DNA from: a virus
IMG/VR virus record: IMGVR_UViG_3300045303_000152
Span: 32,001 to 96,000 of that record
Length of the DNA stretch: 64,000 nt
Reading direction: 5' to 3' (one strand)
A model generated the notes under the pieces. It saw nothing but the letters and a program-made list of their open reading frames with translations. It did not search any database and was not told the origin of the DNA. Shown one piece after another: positions 1-10,198 of the stretch. Each line of letters begins with the position of its first letter. The stretch's first letter is position 1. A program made the translations under genes and the position numbers.

Positions 1-645
1 ATGAGGATTGGCAACAGCATTGTCGATGGCGTCGTGAGCAGCACTAGCAGCATCGGCGCCATCAGGGCTATCTGTACCATCACCATTGTCGGCCCCCTCT
101 TCTGCATTAGGGTCAGTGTTATCGGCCCCGCCCGCGTCGGCATTTAACTCGTCTGCCATCTGAGCCGCTGGGTCTGTCCCATCAGGTGCCGGGTTCGAGC
201 CGTCATCCTGCAGCGGGTTCGGCATGTCGCCAGGGTGGCTATCCGGATACGCGATATGCCATGCATCGCGCAAGCGATTGAGCACGTCGTCGATGGCGTC
301 GGTCGGAATGTGGTACTTCTGGGGCTTCACAGCGCCGCCGTTAGTGCCATCAACCGTCGAGGCTGCGTTGACGTTATCGCCAAATGCATCGATGGCCTTA
401 TCCAGTCGAGCCTTCGAAATGTCGCCACCGGGCTCTTCGGTCAGCAACAACTTCCAGGTCTTGGTGTCCTTTGGGTCACCAACGTAGGCGAAATCCTCAG
501 CCGGGTAGTCAAAGCGACCAACACTCTTCGTGATCGACTTGCGTTTCATGATCGCCATGACGGCTCCTTGCTGAGCTGGGACGTCAACAGTTGAGATTTC
601 GCTGAGGCGAAACCTACGCATGATGTTCTTTTTAGGCGCAGCCAC
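1..645 (-). CDS. Putative scaffold/head-assembly protein (runs off window; not in the ORF track)
   Basis: Hand translation from GTG at 645 (GGGAGAG upstream): MAAPKKNIMRRFRLSEISTVDVPAQQGAVMAIMKRKSITK..., open to position 1, with an acidic D/G/N/P-rich tract. Directly follows the protease gene. Confidence 0.7.
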   Translation of the reverse strand, partial: MAAPKKNIMRRFRLSEISTVDVPAQQGAVMAIMKRKSITKSVGRFDYPAEDFAYVGDPKDTKTWKLLLTEEPGGDISKARLDKAIDAFGDNVNAASTVDGTNGGAVKPQKYHIPTDAIDDVLNRLRDAWHIAYPDSHPGDMPNPLQDDGSNPAPDGTDPAAQMADELNADAGGADNTDPNAEEGADNGDGTDSPDGADAASAAHDAIDNAVANPH

Positions 646-655
646 CTAACTCTCC

Positions 656-1705
656 CTACTCGACTTCTTCATCAACTAGGCGATGACCGCCAATGCTGAA
701 GCCGGTAAGGGTACCGTCTTCAAAGTCCTTCAACACCTTCTTGTCGGTCGGCTTCACGCCAACCATCAAGCCTGTCGTGCCAGACTTCAACCCCATCGCC
801 TTAGCGATCTCGGTTGTCATCGGCCATGCAAACACAACCTCGCCGGCCTGCTTGCCCTTGTGCATGACCTTCATGACACGGTGCTCTTCCATAAACTTGG
901 TAGCAGCTTCGAGCATCGCGTCTTCTGGTATGTGGTCGCCCTGCAAATCGTAGTATTCTTCACCGCCGACCTTGCTGACGATAGCCCAACCAAACACCAA
1001 ACCTAGGTTCTTCAGGAATTTGAATACGCCTAGGTTTGGCTCGGCGGCGCCCTTCTCTGTAATGCTGTCGGCCCAACTACCATCGTCAACCTCTTCGAAA
1101 ATTTCAGGACCCAGCTCGATTGGCCCCGTGTAGGGTTCAACCTTACTAAGATCCATGCTGCCAACATCGTAGCTAATGCTAACATGAGGACTATAGTCAG
1201 GATAATCCCAACTACAACCATGAACTTTACAAAGCTCATTGAAGCGCCGATCAAGACTGGGACTTGCGAACTTGAGTACTACTGCCCCCTTGTCCCCCAA
1301 AGGCTCGACTACTCGGCCACGCTGGCTCTTGATGACAACGCTGTCATCATCCTGCACAGGCCAGTCCACAGCATCGGAACTATGTGCGACCGTAACATGC
1401 ATGTCGTGCGGCTGTAGGGTTTTCTCGAACCCCTGCGACTTGGCCCACTTGATGATGTCAGCTGCATTCTCGACATTGCGTCGGCCGTACAGGGTAGCAT
1501 TCTTGACCTTGTGTATCCAGCGCGTGCCACCACTTGGCTTCTTGTACTGCTGGCTGACCGCCGACCAAGCCGAACGAAAGGCAATCTCCTCCGACTTTCC
1601 ACCTTGTAGCTGGGCGTTGACCACCCTGCGAAACAGGGTTTGCGCCGCCACAGGTAGCGGGTTCTTCACACTTGTCGGAAGATCTTGGTTTCTGGCATAC
1701 GGCAC
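656..1705 (-). CDS. Fusion of ChaB domain, Acb1-like 2H phosphoesterase and XkdF-like prohead serine protease
   Basis: N-term PYARNQDLPTSVK...AFRSAWSAV (ChaB); HVT and HVS 2H motifs in DMHVTVAHS and YSPHVSISY; C-term VFGWA...DLQGD...MH...GFSIGG. Probable GTG start at 1705. Confidence 0.8.
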   Translation of the reverse strand: MPYARNQDLPTSVKNPLPVAAQTLFRRVVNAQLQGGKSEEIAFRSAWSAVSQQYKKPSGGTRWIHKVKNATLYGRRNVENAADIIKWAKSQGFEKTLQPHDMHVTVAHSSDAVDWPVQDDDSVVIKSQRGRVVEPLGDKGAVVLKFASPSLDRRFNELCKVHGCSWDYPDYSPHVSISYDVGSMDLSKVEPYTGPIELGPEIFEEVDDGSWADSITEKGAAEPNLGVFKFLKNLGLVFGWAIVSKVGGEEYYDLQGDHIPEDAMLEAATKFMEEHRVMKVMHKGKQAGEVVFAWPMTTEIAKAMGLKSGTTGLMVGVKPTDKKVLKDFEDGTLTGFSIGGHRLVDEEVE

Positions 1706-1830
1706 TGTGGTTACATCCCTCGGCCCCAAGCGTTCTATTTAGAAAATGCCTCGTGCGCTTATAAGGCAAGAGCAAAGCAAATGCAACACGGAGGCACCAA
1801 CAATTTTAGTGCTATCCTTGAGTTATACAA

Positions 1831-2478
1831 CTACCATCTAAAGAAATAATCGTGACCGTTTTGCACGCCAGTACACGTCATGCCAAGGTCCGTGAGAAAG
1901 CCAATCGCCCGCTTCATCTTGTCGAGCTTCTCTTCAACGATCACAAAAGGCTTGCAGCGCATGATTGTTTCGCGCGCACCAAGCAGGCCCGCGTACTCAT
2001 GCCCTTCCAAATCCAGCTTCAGTAAATCGAGCTGGTCGAGCTTGAGGCTATCGACCGCCATGCATGGAAAGTGCTTAGGCTCGCCCCGCGACTTGGTGTG
2101 TGGGTGAGCTGCCCATCCAACTGCCCGTGGCGTCATGGCAAGCTGACCGGCCTTATCACTAAGCGCCAACCTGTACAGATCGAGGGCTCGATCAGACCCG
2201 CGCTCAGGGCCGTACACCTCAGTATTCTTTTCCAGGCAGGCAAAAATGTGCGGTATTGGTTCGAAGGCAATTACCCGCTTGAAGTAGCGGGCCAGATGAA
2301 TAGTCCAAATGCCGACGCATGCCCCGCCATCTATTGCAACGTTCAGCCGACTACCGCAAGCCTGCACGACTTGCTGGATATCATCGTATTGGTAGCTGGG
2401 CAGCCCATTGATAAATGGGCCTTCGAGCCAACGAGTCTTAATCTCATCAGGACTCCACACACCGTTTACGTGCTTCAT
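1831..2478 (-). CDS. FkbM-family SAM methyltransferase
   Basis: AIDGGACVG, VIAFEP, LLKLDLEGHE and GARETI motifs. Confidence 0.9.
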   Translation of the reverse strand: MKHVNGVWSPDEIKTRWLEGPFINGLPSYQYDDIQQVVQACGSRLNVAIDGGACVGIWTIHLARYFKRVIAFEPIPHIFACLEKNTEVYGPERGSDRALDLYRLALSDKAGQLAMTPRAVGWAAHPHTKSRGEPKHFPCMAVDSLKLDQLDLLKLDLEGHEYAGLLGARETIMRCKPFVIVEEKLDKMKRAIGFLTDLGMTCTGVQNGHDYFFRW

Positions 2479-2481
2479 TTA

Positions 2482-2856
2482 TCATTCTTCCGGTGCAACG
2501 TACTTAGGAACATCGGGTAACGGTACGTTCTGACCCGAAAGTGCGTGTGTGCTATCCTCACAAAACTTAATAATTCCATTGTGGATGAAATAGTGACACA
2601 CTATCGACTTGCCGCACATCTGGTAATCTATCTTTATTGATGGACCAAAGGTCGGTTGTAGCATGTTGCCATCAAATGTCCACTTAGCGCCGTTAGTAAA
2701 CGGATGTTCTACTGCGATTGCATGCATCTCCTCACAGCCAGGGCACCAATGCATCCAGCCTGCATCGGCATGCTCGGCACCCTCAGTATTAACACAGCCA
2801 TCCTTACCTACCTTCGTACAGTAGGTATAGCGCCGGAGTTTTATAGCTTTTGCCAT
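2482..2856 (-). CDS. DUF6527-like Cys/His protein
   Basis: HWCPGC..H, WTFDGN..PTFGPSI, CHYFI..G.I.FC.DSTH. Confidence 0.7.
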   Translation of the reverse strand: MAKAIKLRRYTYCTKVGKDGCVNTEGAEHADAGWMHWCPGCEEMHAIAVEHPFTNGAKWTFDGNMLQPTFGPSIKIDYQMCGKSIVCHYFIHNGIIKFCEDSTHALSGQNVPLPDVPKYVAPEE

Positions 2857-3438
2857 TTAGATACCGTCGTTGTAGTCGAACTCGTCGTTGGTGACGCTCT
2901 GGGTCTTCCTATCCGTCGTCACGCCGGCACCAAAGGCTTGCCCGATAACTGCTGCTGTAGCGCCGCACATATACTTGCCGACCAGTTCCTGCACAGGTAT
3001 CGGGAAGCGAGCATTCTGATCGTAGTAGTTCTCGAGCCCCGGCCGAAAGTAGGTCAAGCTCACCGAACCCGCCTTGATTATCTGCAACCCTTGGCCGTTA
3101 GGCGTTGTCGTGCTCTGCACGTTGCTGCCAGCCATCAACAGATTGGCAAGCTCGATGCAGCCATCGACAATATCGGTAGGCACGACATTGTCCTCTACAC
3201 CGTCTATACCTGTATCAGTGCGCGGCCACTGCAATGCTTGGCCGCTAGTCATAGTCTTCTCACCTACCCAGCACTGCCTATCCATCGTGCGGGTAGCCGT
3301 AATCAATGCTTGTGCCTTCTGAGTTTCAGTCGCCGCTGCCCATGCCGTGGCGCTGAGCATGCCAGCAAGATACATATCAGCATCGCCAACACTTGCGTAA
3401 ACGTCGTACAGAGTGGAGTCAATCGCAACTACAGTCAT
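2857..3438 (-). CDS. Head-tail adaptor (DnaT-like family)
   Basis: YASVGDADMY, ALITATR, QALQWPR, ELA, KAGSVSLTY; adjacent to the portal gene. Confidence 0.75.
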   Translation of the reverse strand: MTVVAIDSTLYDVYASVGDADMYLAGMLSATAWAAATETQKAQALITATRTMDRQCWVGEKTMTSGQALQWPRTDTGIDGVEDNVVPTDIVDGCIELANLLMAGSNVQSTTTPNGQGLQIIKAGSVSLTYFRPGLENYYDQNARFPIPVQELVGKYMCGATAAVIGQAFGAGVTTDRKTQSVTNDEFDYNDGI

Positions 3439-3450
3439 GCGTACCCCCGA

Positions 3451-4992
3451 TTATTTGCTAGCCGCTGTGTTACGCGGCAGCCGTTGCATTTCTGGACTTT
3501 GCTTTGGATTACCCTGCGCATCTACCTCACCTGTACCGGGCGTGTGTGGATCAACGCTGTTAGCTGGTGGCAACACCTTGGGCAATGGTGCCGGCGGCTG
3601 GTTTGGGTCGTTAGGATCAGCCGTCAACACCTCTTGCTCGGGTTGAAACTTGGTACGGCTGACGCCGAGCATGTCGCGCACGTCATTGACGACGGGATCA
3701 TCCGGCGCGAGCGTTGCACCACTCTGGCTCAAGCGGGCAAGCGTCGTGGCAACCTCGACAACGTCCTTCGGGGCTATGTTCTCAGCTACGAGGTGAGGCC
3801 TAAGCCTATCATCAAAGCCGTTAAGCGCCCACAATGGAGTAATGATATCATGTTGCATAGCAGCTACGATGGTACGGAGCACGCTGTTGGCAATCAGATA
3901 GACATTTTGCGACTTATCTGAAGCCACGGCCTTTGCACCGCCAGCCGTACCGCCCCCGAGCATGAGATGCTCGATGCCCATGATGCGCGCCATTTCACGT
4001 TGGATGCGATCAATCGCAGCGCTGATCTCGCTCAGGCCCAAGGCTGGGCCGCTCAGCAGGTCCAAACTCCACTGCTTTTCGCTAGAAACTACCGGGCCGC
4101 CAGCCGTGATGGTCGTAAAAGTCTGGCTATCCAACAGCAGGCCGGTATCCGACTGCTTGACCTGGGTTTGGACCATATCGACCATACCCTGGACCAACCG
4201 TGCGCCTTCCTCAGCCGTCATGTTGCCGGCCTTAACCGCCTGATTGATGGCCGACAACGGCGCCCGACCTACGGGAATACCACGCAAATCCCGCTCATAG
4301 GCCCGCACCTCAAGCTCAAGAAAGCGTCGCAGCCGCGAGTATGGCTCGACCAAATGCCGAAAGACCCCCAAACCCTCGGGGCTATCGGTGAGGTTATCTT
4401 CCTTCATATAAACCAGCTTGCTTCTAGGCAAGCCTAGCAATGCATTGTTCTGTGGATTGCGCTGAAAGCAGCCCAGCACGTGGCCAACCTCATCCACCGC
4501 CCATTGCTCGATGGTATGCTGTGGCCGCACCTCAATGTCAGAAATGCCGATCAGCCCGTCGATTGACCGATGCTCGGCAGTCCACTCTTGAACGCTAAAG
4601 CCATGAAAGCGAAACATGCCGGCCTGTCGCACGATGTTAGGCCAGGGAGTATGCGTATTGGCCAGCACATCGTTCACGAAGTCAGCCATATCCTTCGCTT
4701 CACTACTAGCGTCGGCAGGCTGGGCCGTCCATTTGGGGTTTGAAATCAGGTTGAGGAAATAGTGAACGCCGGCCGCTACCACGCTGGCGTTTACGGCTAG
4801 CTCGCTCGAGAGTATCCAGCGCTGCCGGCCATGCCACTGTGACGAGGCATCCTTATTCTGAATGTAGCCGCCCCAAGTGGCAGTACCAGTAGAACCCTGA
4901 GTTTGGTAAGGCGTTGGTAGAGGAAGTTGCGGTGCGCCCCAGAGGCTTCGACCCCACTTCCTGAGTTGATCTATGCTTAGTGGATTTGCCAT
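3451..4992 (-). CDS. Portal protein (DUF935 / Mu gp29-like)
   Basis: ~510 aa next to TerL; GFSVQEW, SPEGLG, ERDLRGIP, LWALNG motifs. Confidence 0.85.
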   Translation of the reverse strand: MANPLSIDQLRKWGRSLWGAPQLPLPTPYQTQGSTGTATWGGYIQNKDASSQWHGRQRWILSSELAVNASVVAAGVHYFLNLISNPKWTAQPADASSEAKDMADFVNDVLANTHTPWPNIVRQAGMFRFHGFSVQEWTAEHRSIDGLIGISDIEVRPQHTIEQWAVDEVGHVLGCFQRNPQNNALLGLPRSKLVYMKEDNLTDSPEGLGVFRHLVEPYSRLRRFLELEVRAYERDLRGIPVGRAPLSAINQAVKAGNMTAEEGARLVQGMVDMVQTQVKQSDTGLLLDSQTFTTITAGGPVVSSEKQWSLDLLSGPALGLSEISAAIDRIQREMARIMGIEHLMLGGGTAGGAKAVASDKSQNVYLIANSVLRTIVAAMQHDIITPLWALNGFDDRLRPHLVAENIAPKDVVEVATTLARLSQSGATLAPDDPVVNDVRDMLGVSRTKFQPEQEVLTADPNDPNQPPAPLPKVLPPANSVDPHTPGTGEVDAQGNPKQSPEMQRLPRNTAASK

Positions 4993-5071
4993 CCGTCCGT
5001 GACCCCTCAAGAGCGCCCAAAGTTTATTTTGTGCGCCAGACTAGCATAAAGCTGTCTCGCGAACAACCTGC

Positions 5072-6916
5072 CTAAGCCCTGATAATCATTGGAGCAACAA
5101 ACGTGGAATTAGAAGCCATCATATCGGTTGGCACTGGCCAGCTCGCTATGACCACGGCTTCTGCAAGGTTAGGTGACTGTCGATCATGCTCGGCCTTTAC
5201 AATCATGAGCTTCATCTTGGCCGATTTAGCCGTCGTCGCCTGCACTTGGCACAGCTCGTCACGCAGCTTGTGAAGCAAACCAATCTCAATGCTCTTAGTC
5301 TCAATGCAAATCATCTCCTTAACGTCAAACTTCTCACCGTTGACCACCGCGCGCCACGTATTATAGAATAGCCTGCCTACGTGGGTCCACGCCTGCGCCT
5401 TCATGTTCGCGTAGTAGTCCTTATTCATCATGGACTTTTCGTCGTTAGGCACAATCCGCCCAAAGGGATTAAGTGGGGTAGCACCTGCATTCCATGGCAC
5501 AAGAGTGAGCGAAGCTGGAAACAGATTGTCGTCGGCTAGCCTGAAACACTCGGCCTTGACGCCGGCGCCGACGCCTAGACAATCGTAGTTCAACGTGCAA
5601 GGCAAAAACGACTGGCACAAGCCAACGGCCATTCTTGCAGTTATGGCAGTGTCGCGAACGGCCCACGTGTTCAACGCCTTTACGGTCTGAGCCATCTTGA
5701 TCGCGCAGGCGTTGGCAGCTTCGCCACCATCGGCAACGTCTAGCCCGCCGTAAGTGTCGCCATCATCCATCGTGATGCCTAATTTCTCATTGGCATTGCA
5801 GGCGGCCTCAAACCACTCCTGCTTGATGATGGCGCCTTGGGTCACGGCAGCGTAATCGCGACCGATCTCGCGCGCGTACACGTGGCCGAGCCCTTTATCC
5901 TCAAACATTTTCTTGCGCTTGGCCGCCCACTCGGCGTTCTTTTCAGGGTGATCGCGCCAGTCGAGCAAAAACACATTGGCGCGCTCGGTCTGTATCTTTT
6001 TGCCGGGCGCCCACTCTATCCCAGCCTGCCGAGTTCGATGGAAAACAGTACCAGGAGCACTAACGCTGCTAATGTCAATGCGCACACGAGTATTTTCACT
6101 GAGCGAGCCTTCCACTGCATCGGGGCGCTCCAAGTAGGCTGCCTCGTCAACGAAGTACACCCTGGTTCTACCACCTCGCCCGATGTTGTCGCCAATCTCA
6201 CCGACAATCGACGAGCCGTTGTCGGGGTTGACGACCCGCTTGAACATCAGGTTCTCGTCTTTGAACTTCTTGGGCTTGAATATCGGCGGCATGCCGCGAA
6301 TGACCATACGCACTTTCTCAAAAATGCTGCTGGCATCGCCAAGCCGGTCGAGCTTCTCGCTGTTTGCCGAGCCCCACCCGATGGCCGAGCCCGGTATGAA
6401 CTTCCACATCCAAACCGAGTAGCCCACGCCGCACCACGTCGCGCCCATATCACGCGACTTTTCTACAAGCCCGGTGCCTTCCTCGACCACGCAGGCATGA
6501 AAAAACTGTATCAGCTCCTCTTGCCGCTTGAACAGCACGAAGGGAAATCGCGTCGGCAGGCCCCGGCCGGCGTTGCGGGGCTCATAAATATCTACCCAAT
6601 GGCACACAAACCTGACGGGATCATTGATGTACAAGCTTTCGATCATACTTGGATCGTCGTTAAACTTGCTCATCATCCGATGGCGCCAACGCTGCACCAT
6701 CACGTAATCGCGTGTGGGCCATTCCTCATGCGTCAAGGCATGAGGCTCAGGCGGATCGACCTGATTTGGTATTTTGCCGTCACGAAAGTTCATCTCATCT
6801 CTAATTTCGGCCAGCACGGCCTCCAGCAACACAGGATCAGCCTTGCCCAAAAAGTCGTCTTCGACTTGGGCGGTGTTATCTACTGTATTGCCCTTTAGCT
6901 TCTTACGTGCCATCAC
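5072..6916 (-). CDS. terL: Terminase large subunit
   Basis: Walker A variant EKSRDMGATW, Walker B YFVDEAA, nuclease motifs GLDVADGG, YDCLGVGAG and SPNLAEA. Confidence 0.95.
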   Translation of the reverse strand: MMARKKLKGNTVDNTAQVEDDFLGKADPVLLEAVLAEIRDEMNFRDGKIPNQVDPPEPHALTHEEWPTRDYVMVQRWRHRMMSKFNDDPSMIESLYINDPVRFVCHWVDIYEPRNAGRGLPTRFPFVLFKRQEELIQFFHACVVEEGTGLVEKSRDMGATWCGVGYSVWMWKFIPGSAIGWGSANSEKLDRLGDASSIFEKVRMVIRGMPPIFKPKKFKDENLMFKRVVNPDNGSSIVGEIGDNIGRGGRTRVYFVDEAAYLERPDAVEGSLSENTRVRIDISSVSAPGTVFHRTRQAGIEWAPGKKIQTERANVFLLDWRDHPEKNAEWAAKRKKMFEDKGLGHVYAREIGRDYAAVTQGAIIKQEWFEAACNANEKLGITMDDGDTYGGLDVADGGEAANACAIKMAQTVKALNTWAVRDTAITARMAVGLCQSFLPCTLNYDCLGVGAGVKAECFRLADDNLFPASLTLVPWNAGATPLNPFGRIVPNDEKSMMNKDYYANMKAQAWTHVGRLFYNTWRAVVNGEKFDVKEMICIETKSIEIGLLHKLRDELCQVQATTAKSAKMKLMIVKAEHDRQSPNLAEAVVIASWPVPTDMMASNSTFVAPMIIRA

Positions 6917-7667
6917 TTTCCTCGGGCTGCTTTACCAACTCAATCTCTTCAGCCTCGACCGCGTCCAACCTTCTCAAGCTTTGGTTAGGCGTTAAGGCTG
7001 CCTGCAATACCTGCATCAGCTTGCGGAGTTGATCGGTACTCATACCGCGAATATCGCTGATGTTGATTTGGCCGGGAACATTAGGGTTCTTAGCGGAGTC
7101 AGGATCACGCCCCCATAGCTCGGGATTGCGGTTAATCATCCAGAACTTAGCTGCGTTGAAGTTGCGTGGTACTTGCTCCTTATACCTGATGATCTTATGC
7201 CCCTCACCCTCCTGATTAAATATCTTGACTGCGGGTATCTCATAACCGACAGCCATCTCGTACATGCTGCGCATGACGTTGGCATCGACAAGGCTGGCCT
7301 GCCGACTTATGACGAGAGCTTGAGCAAACTCGGGGTAGCAGGTCTTCCACATGCGCAATACGGGCAACGTGGTTTTGAAGTACGTCACCAATTCCTTTTC
7401 CGTCGCGCCGTTGAGTACCTGAGCAGCAGCTTGCTGAGGATAATCCTCCTGATACTCGTGAAACAGCCGATTAAAACGACCGTTGCCGAAGTTCTGACGA
7501 ATGGCGCCTTCAGGTTTCGGCTTGGCAATGCGCTTGCCTACCTGCTCGATAGGAATTTCCTCAGGCTCGACTAATCGCTCGAAGCTGTCGTGAGCTCCGT
7601 TAAGTTTGGCCGGTAACAGACGCTTGCGCGGTAGCGGCTTTGCCTTGGGCTTTTTCTCTCGCGGCAT
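6903..7667 (-). CDS. terS: Terminase small subunit
   Basis: Overlaps the TerL start; HTH-like GATEKEL..WK..YPEF, A.GY and AAKFWMINR.P..W. Confidence 0.8.
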   Translation of the reverse strand: MPREKKPKAKPLPRKRLLPAKLNGAHDSFERLVEPEEIPIEQVGKRIAKPKPEGAIRQNFGNGRFNRLFHEYQEDYPQQAAAQVLNGATEKELVTYFKTTLPVLRMWKTCYPEFAQALVISRQASLVDANVMRSMYEMAVGYEIPAVKIFNQEGEGHKIIRYKEQVPRNFNAAKFWMINRNPELWGRDPDSAKNPNVPGQINISDIRGMSTDQLRKLMQVLQAALTPNQSLRRLDAVEAEEIELVKQPEESDGT

Positions 7668-8619
7668 TAAACATTCTCCTCGCACGTTCTACTGAAGCCA
7701 AACCCCCACTACCCGGCCGGCAAACCACCGTGCTCATGTATGGGCTAGGTTTCCACCTCCGCTGCCCCTCAAGCTTGGTGTGCGGAAACCTACTGTAATC
7801 GAAATACCCCCTATGCTTCTTGTACCATCGCTTGACTAGAATAAATGTTTCCAACGGGCACCAAGGCAATGTACCTAATGCCTTGCGGTTGCCGCTGACT
7901 ATGAAAAAGAAGTCGTTGATATGAAACTTCTCCTCTGTACCCCTGTACATCGTGTAGAGCACGATGTTTTGCGCCGTACCGTACTGTGGCAACGGCAGCG
8001 GTACGACCTTCTTGCTCTGTTTGCACAATTCGAGCCATTTGGGATGTATCGTTATCTCAAACGAGGCGTAGGGGGTCTTCGCGTGGTGCTTGCTTATGTT
8101 AGGTGTCAGCTTCAGTTGTGCAATAGGGGGCGGCAAATCTAGGTCTGGCCACGTCACGGCGAGCTGCTGCCACAGCCTTATCCCGTCCCACAACGCCTTA
8201 TGGTAGACAACATGGGTTACGTTCATTTGCTTGAAGATGTTACGGTACATCTCCGCGTAGGTGCGAAAGCGAACCGGGTTGCCGTAGTAAGTAGCCTCTC
8301 TAATCAAGCCAAACAGAATGGTCATGTCCATGCCGGTCGGTATGCGCGGCTCGATGCGAATTCTGGGTGGCTTACCAGCACCGAGTAGGTCAGGGCACTT
8401 AGGCATCCAATGCATGATGACCTCTTTCTTCCAGTTGCTGGGCTCAACGCCCGCACTGCCTGGAAGTGTCACCTCGTACTTGGCTCCGGGCTTTTTACCG
8501 TATCGCCAAGTCCTTTCAACACGGCAATCCCGAGCCAGCGGTTGCGCCATTAGCTGACGAAACAGATGTACTCGGTTTTTCTTGTCACCATTCTTGAGGT
8601 TGTACTTGGGTTTGTCCAT
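7600..8619 (-). CDS. Hypothetical basic protein
   Basis: 339-aa ORF co-oriented with the packaging genes; no recognised motif. Confidence 0.55.
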   Translation of the reverse strand: MDKPKYNLKNGDKKNRVHLFRQLMAQPLARDCRVERTWRYGKKPGAKYEVTLPGSAGVEPSNWKKEVIMHWMPKCPDLLGAGKPPRIRIEPRIPTGMDMTILFGLIREATYYGNPVRFRTYAEMYRNIFKQMNVTHVVYHKALWDGIRLWQQLAVTWPDLDLPPPIAQLKLTPNISKHHAKTPYASFEITIHPKWLELCKQSKKVVPLPLPQYGTAQNIVLYTMYRGTEEKFHINDFFFIVSGNRKALGTLPWCPLETFILVKRWYKKHRGYFDYSRFPHTKLEGQRRWKPSPYMSTVVCRPGSGGLASVERARRMFNAAREKAQGKAATAQASVTGQT

Positions 8620-8623
8620 TGGC

Positions 8624-9001
8624 TCACACGACTAGCTGCATGAAGGCGACAACGTTGATAGGTCTCGACCCCCGACTGTATGCAACCAACCCCTGCCAGT
8701 ATCTAAACCTTGCCCCAAGTTGCTTCTGCGCGATCTTGCGCATGCTATAGCCCGTATTCCACACATCATCCACAACCAGCACTGTATTGGCTTTGGGCGT
8801 GATGTGTGGCTTGAGTAATTCTGCCAGGATTAACCCGCCCTTTGGCACACCGATCACCTTGCCAAAGGGTTGCAGCTTGGGAAGGCACGCCTCGACTATA
8901 ACCTTCCACTCAGGCGCGAGCATGTAATCACACTCGATCTTGAAGGGTACGGGAAAACCCGCTGCCCCAATGAACTCGCCCGGCACAAGCAACATCGGCA
9001 C
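8624..9001 (-). CDS. Type I phosphoribosyltransferase-like protein
   Basis: GVPKGG and PRPP-binding VLVVDDVWNTGYS. Confidence 0.8.
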   Translation of the reverse strand: MPMLLVPGEFIGAAGFPVPFKIECDYMLAPEWKVIVEACLPKLQPFGKVIGVPKGGLILAELLKPHITPKANTVLVVDDVWNTGYSMRKIAQKQLGARFRYWQGLVAYSRGSRPINVVAFMQLVV

Positions 9002-9199
9002 TCTCCACCCTTCCTATACGTTGACGTAGTCTATACCACCAAACGATAACTTTAGGCAAGTTAACCCAAGTCAAGTCGGTCAACGGAAATTAGAAGGTCT
9101 GTGATAGTTCACCACAATGAGTTGACTAATTGCCCCTAACTTGCAATACCTCAATACGATTTAGTCACGTCATTTAGTTTTAGGAGGCTCTGGGGCATC

Positions 9200-9769
9200 A
9201 TGAGAACTAGACGTGCAAGCCAATCAGCCGAAATTGAAACTATGACCTCCATCGAAGTACGAGGCATTGCATTACGCGAGTACTTAGAGCATATAATAGA
9301 GGAACGAGATAGACTCTACCATACACGGTTCGAAGCTTCCGCTATCGCTGTCAATGCCGCGCTGGCTGCACAAGAGAAGGCTGTAGCCGCAGCATTCTTA
9401 GCTTCAGAAAGAGCTATTAGCAAAGCTGAAGAAGCTCAGAAAGATTATAATGTGCGATCTAATGAATTTCGTGGACAACTTGATGATCAAGCTAAGGGAC
9501 TAATGCCTCGTATTGAGACTATGGGCATGTTCAAATCAATGGATGAGAAGCTTGAGGCTATGCGACGATTTTTTGAGAGCCGGCTCGAAAGCCAACGACT
9601 TTCATTTGAGAAAAGCACTGAGACTCAAGCAAAAGAGATAGCAAGCCTGCGTGAGTCTCGAAGCGAAATACAAGGTATCCGAATTAGTAGTCGTGAGACC
9701 TTAAGCTACGCGTTTGCTCTTATAGGTGTAGCTATAGCTGGAGTTACGTTATTATTGAAGTTCCACTAA
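9200..9769 (+). CDS. Coiled-coil protein with C-terminal transmembrane helix
   Basis: GGAGG RBS; hydrophobic C-terminus. Confidence 0.65.
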   Translation: MRTRRASQSAEIETMTSIEVRGIALREYLEHIIEERDRLYHTRFEASAIAVNAALAAQEKAVAAAFLASERAISKAEEAQKDYNVRSNEFRGQLDDQAKGLMPRIETMGMFKSMDEKLEAMRRFFESRLESQRLSFEKSTETQAKEIASLRESRSEIQGIRISSRETLSYAFALIGVAIAGVTLLLKFH

Positions 9770-9770
9770 A

Positions 9771-9784
9771 GTTCAATTTTGAAC
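9771..9784. promoter_or_regulatory. Palindrome GTTCAA-NN-TTGAAC, copy 1
   Basis: aaaGTTCAATTTTGAACttt just after a stop codon. Confidence 0.7.
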
Positions 9785-9889
9785 TTTAGGTCCAGCCAAA
9801 CGTTGGTATGTTCAAGGGCACAAACCCCCGACAACATACCACTTGCACTCGGCAAGCTGCCGGGCGTGCTGGTATAGAAGAGATGTGAG

Positions 9890-10198
9890 ATGACAAAACT
9901 CTATAAGTGGCAATCGACTATCATGGATGAACAAGGCTTGCCGTTGAAAGGCGTTATTGTTCAAATTCGCCACGAGATGCCAGATTTACACTACCCCTTA
10001 GCTTGTCTCTATGCTGACCAAGCCGGCAACCACCTGCTCGGCAATCCAATTATCTCAGGCGACAAGGGTGAGGTCTCTTTCTTCGTAGTAAGGGGCGCGT
10101 ATCGAGTAGTTGCGACTATCGGCACCCGGATCCAACGAATATGGCGTTACGTCGGCATCGGTTTGATAACCGAACTAACCAAGGACAACGGAGAGTGA
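9890..10198 (+). CDS. Small beta-sandwich protein resembling tail-fibre N-terminal modules
   Basis: DEQG.PL.GV.V, LYAD..G...LGNP, G.Y.V. Confidence 0.5.
   Translation: MTKLYKWQSTIMDEQGLPLKGVIVQIRHEMPDLHYPLACLYADQAGNHLLGNPIISGDKGEVSFFVVRGAYRVVATIGTRIQRIWRYVGIGLITELTKDNGE

Noticed and set aside
2704-6898. Long plus-strand ORFs 2704-3921 and 5837-6898
   Set aside because: Antisense shadows of the adaptor, portal and terminase genes, with no motifs.
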